40,517 bases of DNA from an uncultured Acidobacteriota bacterium (GTDB taxonomy: Bacteria > Acidobacteriota > HRBIN11), in assembly GCA_964541595.1 (NCBI GenBank), contig CAZIRO010000004.1, positions 1-40,517 on the forward strand, written 5' to 3'. Positions 32,608-40,517 of the stretch are shown one piece after another. Position numbers and translations under genes: made by a program. Numbering within the stretch: position 1 is the first letter of the stretch; every line of letters starts with the position of its first letter. Under the pieces are notes generated by a model, which was not told the origin of the DNA, did not search any database, and saw only the letters and a list, made by a program, of their open reading frames with translations.

Positions 32608-33905
32608 GCGCTGTCTCCAAGGACGCGTTGGTAAATTGTATTGATATGTCTTTTATAATATTCGATATCGGTGTAGCGTGCGATGTCGTCCGGGGTGAGA
32701 TACTGCATGACTTCGGGATCCGCGCGTATCGCAGCGATGAAGTCCGTGCCCGCTTCCCACGCACGCATCGCATTTCGCTGAACCAGTCGGTATGCATCCA
32801 CCCGGGATACCCCCTTCTCGATCAGGGCCACAAGGATGCCGGATGAAAAGATGAGTCCCTTCGTGAACCGCAGGTTCTCGTCCATCCGGTCCGGATGCAC
32901 CCGCAAGTGCGCGATCAGCCAGATACAGCGATCCAGCATGTAATCCAGCGCAATGGATGCATCGGGTAAGATGATCCGTTCGACGGAAGAGTGACTGATG
33001 TCGCGTTCATGCCACAGGGCGACGTTTTCCATAGCGGCCATGGCGTACGCACGCAATACGCGGGCCAGACCGCAGAGTCGCTCCGCTGTGATGGGGTTGC
33101 GTTTGTGAGGCATCGCGGAAGATCCCTTCTGTCCGGGTCGGAAGGGTTCCTCCGCTTCACGCACTTCGGTCCGTTGCAGGTGGCGAATCTCCAGCGCCAC
33201 TTTCTCGATACTCGCTCCGATCAGCGCAAGGGTGAGAACGTATTCCGCGTGCCGATCACGCTGGGTGATCTGATTCGACACGGGTTCCGGTTGCAGGCCG
33301 AACTTGGTACAAACGATCCGCTCAACTTCGGGTTCCAGGTGGGCGTATACCCCTACGGCGCCGGAAATTTTCCCGACCGCCACGCGCTGACGCGTCGCCG
33401 CAAGCCGTTCCCGGTGCCGCTGAAATTCTGCGTACCAGAGCAAGAACTTCAAGCCAAAGGTCATCGGTTCTGCGTGTACGCCGTGTGTTCGCCCGACACA
33501 TGCGATGTCCCGGTAGGCAATGGCTTTCTCTTTCAATACCGTACACAGGTGATCGATCCGTTGAAGCAACAGATCACAACTCTCTTTCATCTGGATCGCC
33601 GTGGCCGTATCGAGGATATCGGACGATGTCAGCCCGAGGTGAATGTATCGTCCGAGGTCGCCAAGGGATTCGGCCACGGATTCCACGAATGCGACAACGT
33701 CATGTTGTGTCTGCTGTTCTATCGCTTCCATCCGTTCCTGCGAAAACCGAACGCGCGCGGCGATCTCAGAATACACTTCCGGCGAAATGCGTCCGGTCTG
33801 CACATACGCTTCCAATACGGCGAGCTCGATCTGCAACCAGAGCGCATACCGATGGGCATCGGACCAGATGCGGCCCATTTCGGGCAGCGTATACCTCGGG
33901 ATCAT
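32604..33905 (-). CDS. purB: Adenylosuccinate lyase
   Basis: MIPRY, HDV, HLGLTSSD, GRTHG, GSSAMPHKRNP, ERDISHSSVER. Confidence 0.97.
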   Translation of the reverse strand: MIPRYTLPEMGRIWSDAHRYALWLQIELAVLEAYVQTGRISPEVYSEIAARVRFSQERMEAIEQQTQHDVVAFVESVAESLGDLGRYIHLGLTSSDILDTATAIQMKESCDLLLQRIDHLCTVLKEKAIAYRDIACVGRTHGVHAEPMTFGLKFLLWYAEFQRHRERLAATRQRVAVGKISGAVGVYAHLEPEVERIVCTKFGLQPEPVSNQITQRDRHAEYVLTLALIGASIEKVALEIRHLQRTEVREAEEPFRPGQKGSSAMPHKRNPITAERLCGLARVLRAYAMAAMENVALWHERDISHSSVERIILPDASIALDYMLDRCIWLIAHLRVHPDRMDENLRFTKGLIFSSGILVALIEKGVSRVDAYRLVQRNAMRAWEAGTDFIAAIRADPEVMQYLTPDDIARYTDIEYYKRHINTIYQRVLGDSA

Positions 33906-33942
33906 CGTGTGTCTCCGTGCACAGGGTATCGATATTCTATCC

Positions 33943-34106
33943 CTGCGATCGGGACGGGCAACGGGAATGTATCGAACCGGCAGATACACCGATATCGGGT
34001 GCCGGGGCTCAGGGATCAAGGCGCAGGGAGTTCGACTTCGCATGGAATGGGACATCGCACGGATGAATGGATACCCGCAGTGTCCCATCGCCTGTCCCGG
34101 TTTCAG
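33943..34106. mobile_element. Complete, more diverged MITE-like element with an 11-bp flanking direct repeat
   Basis: CTGCGATCGGGACGGGCAACGGGA...TGTCCCATCGCCTGTCCCGGTTTCAG; flanks ATATTCTATCC (33932-33942) and ATATTCTATGC (34107-34117). Confidence 0.72.
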
Positions 34107-34108
34107 AT

Positions 34109-34144
34109 ATTCTATGCGAATTGCGTTTTTGTGCAATTCGCATA
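34109..34144 (-). promoter_or_regulatory. Predicted leftward promoter overlapped by a 12-bp perfect inverted repeat
   Basis: TTGCAC-16 nt-TAGAAT on the minus strand; TATGCGAATTGC / GCAATTCGCATA at 34113-34144. Confidence 0.45.
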
Positions 34145-34149
34145 CAATT

Positions 34150-34386
34150 CTGGGATCGGGACAGGCCATGGGACATGCGCACCATCGGAACCACCGGTCT
34201 CGGGTGTCAGGTCCCAGGTCTCCGGTATCAGGTCCCAGGTCCCAGCCAGGTCCCAGGTGGCGGGTATTCCGGTGGCAGGTATTTGCGACGGGAGACGGAA
34301 GACAGGGGACGGGGCATCGCATGGGCTGGGGATAGCGCGTGACCGCATGCGGACCCACGGTGTCCCATGGCCTGGCCCGATTTCAG
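34150..34386. mobile_element. Complete MITE-like element with a perfect 10-bp flanking direct repeat and heptamer core
   Basis: TIRs CTGGGATCGGGACAGGCCATGGGACA / TGTCCCATGGCCTGGCCCGATTTCAG; GCATACAATT at 34140-34149 and 34387-34396. Confidence 0.85.
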
Positions 34387-34453
34387 GCATACAATTGGGG
34401 GAAATCGCACCGTTCTGGTGAAATCTGGTCGGTGCGTTTTGGGAGCCGTTCGC

Positions 34454-34948
34454 ATGCGTTTGCCTGTTCAGATCAAACACATTCTCTTCGCCACGGACTT
34501 TTCTGTATATTCGGAACGTGCGCGGGACTATGCACTTGCGGTCGCCAAGAAGTTCCGTGCGCGGATTTACGTCTTGCATGCGATCGAAGTCGTGCACTAC
34601 ATGCATGAGGATCCCGAGTTACGCGAATGGCTCCGTTCTCTGGAACGGTCGCTGGAGGACCGTCTGGCCAGAGAACTCGCCTATTTTCAGGATTACGGCA
34701 TTGATGCCGAAGGGGAACTCATCATCGGTTCTCCCTGGCGCGTGATCGTGACCTTTGCCAAAGAGAAACGGATCGATCTCATCGTCATGGGCACCCATGG
34801 AGTACGCACGCTGGAGGGAAAAGTCCTGCTGGGCACGACGTCACATAAAGTGGCACTGGCTGCGTCCGTCCCGGTGATGCTGGTCCGTCCCTATGAAGAA
34901 GCATCTCTCCTGACCGAAGATCCGCATCGCGTCCCGGCCGAGGAGTAG
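34454..34948 (+). CDS. Universal stress protein (UspA family)
   Basis: HILFATDFS, GSP, DLIVMGTHG, LLGTTS...VPVMLVR. Confidence 0.92.
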   Translation: MRLPVQIKHILFATDFSVYSERARDYALAVAKKFRARIYVLHAIEVVHYMHEDPELREWLRSLERSLEDRLARELAYFQDYGIDAEGELIIGSPWRVIVTFAKEKRIDLIVMGTHGVRTLEGKVLLGTTSHKVALAASVPVMLVRPYEEASLLTEDPHRVPAEE

Positions 34949-34951
34949 ATC

Positions 34952-35938
34952 ATGGCGGGGCACGCGCTTTCTTCCGACGCCGAACTCATCGCCATCGGTC
35001 GCCAGGTGATCCGCACCGAGGTGGAGGGCCTACACAGGCTGATGCAGCACATCGGCAACTCGTTTGCCGCGGCGGTGCACTGCCTTTGTGCGTGCTCCGG
35101 ACGCGTGATCGTCTCCGGGATCGGCAAGTCCGGAGTGATCGGCAAAAAACTGGCGGGATCCCTCACCAGCATCGGTGTGCCCGGCATCTTCCTCCATCCC
35201 GTGGAGGCGTTGCACGGTGATCTCGGGCTGATCCTTCCGGAGGACGTGCTGATCGTACTGTCGTACAGTGGCGAGACGGTCGAGATTCTCCGTTTTGTGG
35301 AGTGGATTCATCGGTATGATATTCCCATTATCGCGATGACCGGTAACGCCCGATCCACACTCGCGCGGTACAGTACCATCGTACTGGCGATCGGACCAGT
35401 GGAAGAAGCGACGCCGGAGCGTCTGTTGCCGACGACCAGCACGACGGTCATGCTCGCGCTGAGTGATGCTCTGACCGTGGCCGTCATGCATGCGAAAGGC
35501 GTCCGCGACGGTATGGTGGCGCACCTGCACCCCTCGGGCAGCATCGGCCGGAAGATCCTGCAGGTCAAAGAAGTCATGCATCGACCGCCCGAGCTGCCCC
35601 TGGTCGCCGCAGATGTTTCCGTGCCTGAGGCCGTACGTGAGATGTCCCGTAAGGGATTCGGTTGTGTGCTGGTGGTCGACACGATCGGCCACCTCGCCGG
35701 GATCTTTACCGATGGCGATCTGCGCCGCACGATCGAACGGTATCGTGACGTATCGACGCTCCGCATCGGGGACGTCATGACCCCGCATCCGAAGACACTC
35801 GCGCCTGATGCGCTGGCGGCCGACGCGCTGCGGTTGATGGAGAAATTCCGGATTACGGTATTGCCCGTAATCGATAGCGACCGTCATCCCGTGGGCCTCG
35901 TTCACATTCACGACCTGTGGCGACTGCAGATGTTCTGA
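34952..35938 (+). CDS. kdsD: KpsF/GutQ-family arabinose-5-phosphate isomerase (SIS plus 2 CBS domains)
   Basis: GIGKSG, EALHGDLG, SYSGET, PTTST, HPSGSIG, GIFTDGDLRR. Confidence 0.9.
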   Translation: MAGHALSSDAELIAIGRQVIRTEVEGLHRLMQHIGNSFAAAVHCLCACSGRVIVSGIGKSGVIGKKLAGSLTSIGVPGIFLHPVEALHGDLGLILPEDVLIVLSYSGETVEILRFVEWIHRYDIPIIAMTGNARSTLARYSTIVLAIGPVEEATPERLLPTTSTTVMLALSDALTVAVMHAKGVRDGMVAHLHPSGSIGRKILQVKEVMHRPPELPLVAADVSVPEAVREMSRKGFGCVLVVDTIGHLAGIFTDGDLRRTIERYRDVSTLRIGDVMTPHPKTLAPDALAADALRLMEKFRITVLPVIDSDRHPVGLVHIHDLWRLQMF

Positions 35939-36049
35939 TGCATGGGATTCCGTCGATCTCCGCACGCGTGCGCATGCAACATACTTTTTCCCATCCGATT
36001 TTTCCGTATCCGTATGTAGGGTCGATGCACCCATTGACATGTAAACCAC

Positions 36050-37165
36050 GTGGAGCAAACGATGCGTCGCCCGAATCGTCTGCAAACGGCCGGTGCGGAA
36101 GCGACGCCGGCACTCCCCGAGCTTGTGGGCCGCTCGCACGCGATGTGCACGGTCCGTACCCGGATCCGTCGTATTGCCCCCCTGTCCATTCCCGTGCTCA
36201 TTCTGGGGGAAACGGGAACCGGCAAAGAACTCGTGGCCCGGCGCATCCACCTGGAGAGCGACCGTGCGGGTCGCCCGTGGGTGCCGATCAACTGTGCAGC
36301 GATTCCGGACACCCTGTTCGAAGGGGAACTGTTCGGTTACAGCCGCGGCGCGTTTACGGGAGCGGACCGCACGCGTCCGGGGTTGCTGGAGTCCGCTGCG
36401 GATGGCACTGTTTTCCTGGATGAAGTTGCCGAACTCTCGCCCGCCGGTCAGGCGAAACTGTTGCGTGTGCTTCAGGAACAGACGATTCGCCGCCTGGGCG
36501 AGACGTGGGAGCGACCTCTCGCCTGCCGGTGGATTTTCGCCGCACAGCCGTCTCTGCTGGAGCGCGTGCGGACCGGTCAGTTCCGCATGGATCTGTTTTT
36601 TCGCATTGCACGCTACCGGATTCAGCTGCCGCCATTGCGGGATCGGCCGGAAGACATCCCGATCACAGCGCGTTTTATTCTTCGCCGTCTGACCGCTCAG
36701 TTTGGCCTCCGCATTGACCGCGTCGAACCGGAAGTCTGGTCCACGCTGGAACAGTATTTGTGGCCGGGAAATGTACGCGAACTCGAAGCCGTGCTGACGG
36801 CTGCGGTCATCGACGCACTGGATGGTCGGGTATTATGTGCATCGCATGTACGGACGCACCTGGGCAATTTCAGCATTTTTCCACATCCCGCACCGGCCGA
36901 TGCACACGGCGTATGGACGTTCTCCATGCCCGCCGAACTCACGCTACTGGAGGCGCTGGACCGATTCGCGTATGCATACGTCCTGCGCACACTGCAGCAG
37001 TGCGATGGTGTCAAGGTCGCGGCGGCGCGGAAATTGCGCATTCATCGAAACAGGCTGTACCGGATTCTGCGCAGTCATCGAACGGACACCGGGTACAACC
37101 GTCCGGATCGAATGACCAGACGCTGGACATGTGGGGCAGCGTGCTGCAACCAGAATTTCCGGTGA
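36050..37165 (+). CDS. Sigma54-dependent enhancer-binding protein (AAA+ plus Fis HTH) with no N-terminal sensor domain
   Basis: GETGTGKE, INCAA, ELFG..GAFTGA, FLDEV, WPGNVREL, AARKLRIHRNRLY. Confidence 0.88.
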   Translation: MEQTMRRPNRLQTAGAEATPALPELVGRSHAMCTVRTRIRRIAPLSIPVLILGETGTGKELVARRIHLESDRAGRPWVPINCAAIPDTLFEGELFGYSRGAFTGADRTRPGLLESAADGTVFLDEVAELSPAGQAKLLRVLQEQTIRRLGETWERPLACRWIFAAQPSLLERVRTGQFRMDLFFRIARYRIQLPPLRDRPEDIPITARFILRRLTAQFGLRIDRVEPEVWSTLEQYLWPGNVRELEAVLTAAVIDALDGRVLCASHVRTHLGNFSIFPHPAPADAHGVWTFSMPAELTLLEALDRFAYAYVLRTLQQCDGVKVAAARKLRIHRNRLYRILRSHRTDTGYNRPDRMTRRWTCGAACCNQNFR

Positions 37166-38163
37166 CTCGTCAGCAGCACGTACGGGTGTGGAAAAATCGT
37201 GAATAAGTCCCGGGCACGTGGGGTATCCAGTTCGGCATCGAAGTCATCGATGAGGAGACGCAATGGTCTGGCGTGTATTTGCTGGACCAGCCGTGCGATG
37301 GCGCAACCCCATACGGTCAGCAGGGCACGGATCTGCCCTGCGGAGGCGGTATCCCAGAACGATCCATGCGGTCCGAAGACACGCAAATCATCCCGGTGCG
37401 GTCCGACGAGGGAACGGCCGTGCGCCCGTTCCCGGGATGCAAATTTTTCCAACATTTGAAGCACTTCTTCAGGCGAAGGCGGGGACTGTTCCGGGGACCA
37501 GAACGGACTGGTGAGCGCTATTCGGAGCGGTCGTCCCGGAAACAGCCGCACCCACATGCGTGCAATGATTGGACGGACCTGACGCACCAGATACGCGCGC
37601 ATCTCCCAGATCTTTGCCGCCGCCGTGCAGTAGGGCACATCCCAGACGTGTTGCTCTGCGGACGGACTTCCGGATGCCAGGGCGGCATTGCGCTGGTTTC
37701 GGGCCTGGTCAAACCGCTGTAGCCACTTTCGATACTGTGGAAAAATCGTGGACAGGCTTCGGTCCAGAAACTGACGACGATACGACGCGCGCGCGGCGAG
37801 CAGGGGCACCGCACGACCGCCGAGGTATAGCACGGGATTCTGCGCACGCCAGACACTGAATGCGACCGCATGGCCCTGAACAAACAGGCGTGCCGGACCG
37901 TCGCGCGGAATGACGAGTTCCACGGTCTCGAACCGTTCCGACCACTCCACACACACCCGGGCAATCGGGGCGCCTGAACGGATCACCCGGTCTTTGCGGC
38001 GGGTGCGAAACGACCGCCCATGGACCATCCAGTAAAACGCTTCCAGAAGACTGGTTTTTCCGCTTGCATTGGGGCCTACAATAATGGTAAGGGTGTCCTC
38101 CAGTTCAATGTCGACCTGGAGATTCCGGAAATGCTCAATCTTCCATTTCCATCGCGCCGTCAT
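37075..38163 (-). CDS. recF: DNA replication/repair protein RecF
   Basis: FRNL, GPNASGKTSLLEA, GRSFR, RNAAL, GPHRDDL, SAGQ, LIDD..ELD; directly downstream of dnaN. Confidence 0.9.
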   Translation of the reverse strand: MTARWKWKIEHFRNLQVDIELEDTLTIIVGPNASGKTSLLEAFYWMVHGRSFRTRRKDRVIRSGAPIARVCVEWSERFETVELVIPRDGPARLFVQGHAVAFSVWRAQNPVLYLGGRAVPLLAARASYRRQFLDRSLSTIFPQYRKWLQRFDQARNQRNAALASGSPSAEQHVWDVPYCTAAAKIWEMRAYLVRQVRPIIARMWVRLFPGRPLRIALTSPFWSPEQSPPSPEEVLQMLEKFASRERAHGRSLVGPHRDDLRVFGPHGSFWDTASAGQIRALLTVWGCAIARLVQQIHARPLRLLIDDFDAELDTPRARDLFTIFPHPYVLLTSHRKFWLQHAAPHVQRLVIRSGRLYPVSVR

Positions 38164-39355
38164 CGACGAAATCGGCCTCCTTTGGTGCGGCAGCCTCGGA
38201 CGCGCGTTCCGTCTCTTCCACCTGTTCCTCTGCGATAGGCATGTATACGAATGCGAACGTTTCCGTTCGATCCTCGCCGACGGGACGGATCGCCGCCGGT
38301 TCGCGTGTCGATTTGAACCACAGTTCGATTTCGTTCTCATGCACGGCAGACAGAAACTCTACGAGGAATTCGCCATTGACGCAGATGGGAAACGGCTCGC
38401 CCTCGACGAACGCTTCAACCATATCCGTAGCCGTACCCGTGGCCGGATTGTGGAATTTCAATTCCAGCATGCGATCGCGCCATGTCAGCCAGACGGATGG
38501 CGCATGGGCAAGCGGGGTCCCCTTGGCCAGCAAAATGATTCGCCGCACGGATTCCAACAACGCAGCCCGCTGGACCCGCACACGATATGGCGCCGATTCG
38601 GGAATGAAACTCCGAAACTCGGGGAATGTGTCTTCGATCATTCGAATGCTGATCCGCCGGTTGCCGAGATCAAACACAATCAGATTCTGATGCGTACCGA
38701 TCTGCACCGTTTCAATCGCGTCCGCAGCGAGTACATTGCGCAATTCTTGCAGGGCTTTCCGGTGGATCAGCAGGGTAAAGTCTTCCTGTGGTGCACCCTC
38801 TTCCCAGCGGGTCTGGTAATACGCCAGCCGGTAGATATCCATTGCCGCGGCCGCGAGGGTTTCCCCGCGCTTTTCCAGCCACATCCCGAGGAATGCTTCC
38901 CGGAGCGTATGTTTCGGGATGACAAAATCGACCGTATCCATGGCCCTGCGGAGCATCCACCCGGGCAATCGAACGGTATGCTCCGTTTCACCGGGAATCT
39001 GGGGCATGGGATAGTCTTCCGGCGACAGTGCCAACACTTCAAAACAGGTGCGTCCCGCACGGATGACCACCTGCGGCAACGTTTGCAATTCGATCTCGAC
39101 CCGCGTATTGGGAAGTGACTTGACGATGTCGACCAGAATACGCGCGGGCAGTGCGACTTTTCCGGGGGTTTCCACCTGCGCGGGAATCGTGGAGGCATAA
39201 CTGAGTTCCATATCCGAGGCCGTCAGACGTATCTGTTCGGCCTCGGCTTCCAGAAGGAAGTAAGACAGTGTAGGGATCGCCGATTTCCTTTCAATTGCAC
39301 CCTGGATCAGTCGGAGTTCCGTGTGAAACGGTTCCTTTTCGACTGAACAACGCAT
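38135..39355 (-). CDS. dnaN: DNA polymerase III beta clamp
   Basis: IPTLS, ASDME, DYP, DIYRLA, FPEF, VYMP; acidic C-terminal tail. Confidence 0.92.
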   Translation of the reverse strand: MRCSVEKEPFHTELRLIQGAIERKSAIPTLSYFLLEAEAEQIRLTASDMELSYASTIPAQVETPGKVALPARILVDIVKSLPNTRVEIELQTLPQVVIRAGRTCFEVLALSPEDYPMPQIPGETEHTVRLPGWMLRRAMDTVDFVIPKHTLREAFLGMWLEKRGETLAAAAMDIYRLAYYQTRWEEGAPQEDFTLLIHRKALQELRNVLAADAIETVQIGTHQNLIVFDLGNRRISIRMIEDTFPEFRSFIPESAPYRVRVQRAALLESVRRIILLAKGTPLAHAPSVWLTWRDRMLELKFHNPATGTATDMVEAFVEGEPFPICVNGEFLVEFLSAVHENEIELWFKSTREPAAIRPVGEDRTETFAFVYMPIAEEQVEETERASEAAAPKEADFVDDGAMEMED

Positions 39356-39383
39356 GGATCACCTCATTTGCGGTGTTGGCATC

Positions 39384-39412
39384 ATCTTACGCGGGTTGAA
39401 CGTTCTGATCAA
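39384..39412 (-). promoter_or_regulatory. Predicted sigma70 promoter for dnaN-recF
   Basis: TTGATC-17 nt-TAAGAT; palindrome TCTGATCAATCAGA overlaps the -35. Confidence 0.5.
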
Positions 39413-39424
39413 TCAGAGTCGATC

Positions 39425-39633
39425 CTGGGATCGGGACAGGCCATGGGACACCGTGGGTACCCATGCGGTCATGCACTATCCCCAGCCCATGGGATACCCC
39501 GTCCCCTGTCTTCCGTCTCCCGTCCCGGAGACCCGACACCCGGGACCTGAGACCTGACACCCGACACCCGGTGTCGACCGGGCCATCCGCGCATCCGGTG
39601 CATCCCCTGTCCCATTGCCTGTCCCGATCTCCG
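39425..39633. mobile_element. Complete MITE-like element with an approximately 8-bp flanking direct repeat
   Basis: TIRs CTGGGATCGGGACAGGCCATGGGACA / TGTCCCATTGCCTGTCCCGATCTCCG; GTCGATCC at 39418-39425 and 39633-39640 (boundary ambiguous by 1 nt). Confidence 0.82.
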
Positions 39634-39717
39634 TCGATCCGGTTGAGGAAATATATCGGATGTGATAAAGTTTTCTGGGGTTGGGTGGTGTTAAGTTGCT
39701 ATCCGGGAAAGTCAATA

Positions 39718-40517
39718 ATGGAAGAGTGCAACTCCTGGCGCATCCTGTGGGTGGGACCAGGTCCTGCCGACCGGGATGACTTCACCACTGCACTGGCCCG
39801 AACCTGTGGACCGACTGAACTCACACGGGAGGATCGTTTATCAGCTGTCCAGCAGCGACTGCAACAGACGACATTCGATCTGGTCATTGTGCATATGCGC
39901 ATCCTCCAACGGTGGAATGTCGATCCGGTGCCCTGGTTTCGACGGATCCGTCCAGACCTGCCGATTCTCGTCCTGGCCGATCGCATGGAAGATGTTCCCC
40001 CGCACTGGCAACGTCTGGCCGGTGTATATGTGGACGCCGATCCGGCACGCGATCCCGCAGCGCTGATCGAGCATATCCGGGCGATTTTGCACGACACGCA
40101 CGCGGACGGCGTGTCCATGCAAGCCGGAGAGAGCGCCCTGGACGTCCCGAACGTCGTACCCGTCGGTCTGTACCGGGTGTCGCCGGACGGTCGATGGATC
40201 GATGCGAACTCCGAGATGCTGTCGATCCTGCGGGTTCGGGATCTGGTGGATCTGGAGGCCTTTCCCTTTCCGCAGCTATTCTGCAACCCCTCGGATTGGG
40301 AGTATCGGATCGCCCGGTTGACCGCACACGGAGCGGTGCGTAATCTGCGTGTGCGGCTGCAACGTCCGGACGGAAGCGAGTTCTGGGGGCTGGACAGCGC
40401 ACGTGTCGTGCGCGGACCGGACGGTACCGTCTTATACCATGTCGGTGCCCTGGTGGACATCAGTGCCTGGGTATTGCGGGACCGGGAGCGGGACGCGGTA
40501 CAGACCGTGCTACGGAT
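39718..40517 (+). CDS. Signal-transduction protein with a receiver-like domain and PAS/PAC domain (partial; runs off the window; absent from the ORF track)
   Basis: Open frame from ATG 39718: MEECNSWRILWVG...FDLVIVH...PDLPILVL...PVGLYRVSPDGRWIDAN...RPDGSEFW...GALVDIS. Confidence 0.8.
   Translation, partial: MEECNSWRILWVGPGPADRDDFTTALARTCGPTELTREDRLSAVQQRLQQTTFDLVIVHMRILQRWNVDPVPWFRRIRPDLPILVLADRMEDVPPHWQRLAGVYVDADPARDPAALIEHIRAILHDTHADGVSMQAGESALDVPNVVPVGLYRVSPDGRWIDANSEMLSILRVRDLVDLEAFPFPQLFCNPSDWEYRIARLTAHGAVRNLRVRLQRPDGSEFWGLDSARVVRGPDGTVLYHVGALVDISAWVLRDRERDAVQTVLR

Noticed and set aside
36042-36057. Third parS site (TAAACCACGTGGAGCA)
   Set aside because: Four mismatches to the palindrome

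Overview
GC-rich bacterial chromosomal window made mostly of housekeeping genes: hutU, gyrB, uvrA, an mglA-like GTPase, der, PIN/TRAM, mgtE, infC-rpmI-rplT-pheS, comM/yifB, nadK, ispA, thiolase, dapF, purS-purB, kdsD, recF and dnaN, plus tRNA-Val(TAC), tRNA-Pro(CGG) and tRNA-Gln(TTG). Two parS sites together with dnaN/recF suggest an origin-proximal region, although dnaA and gyrA are not in their usual positions. The main unexplained structure is a family of non-coding MITE-like elements (about 165-240 bp) with 26-bp terminal inverted repeats (consensus CTGGGATCGGGACAGGCAATGGGACA). They have variable-length flanking direct repeats (about 8, 10, 11 and 14 bp), interchangeable arms and 7-nt tandem cores. 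Every copy whose context is visible lies in a divergent intergenic region, and five left ends sit 11-13 nt upstream of a predicted sigma70 -35 box. Also notable are an in-frame TAG in an otherwise intact alanine dehydrogenase/ornithine cyclodeaminase gene, a long hairpin in the mgtE leader, and an MglA with a long acidic tail. All alignments and promoter calls were made by eye; no searches were run.
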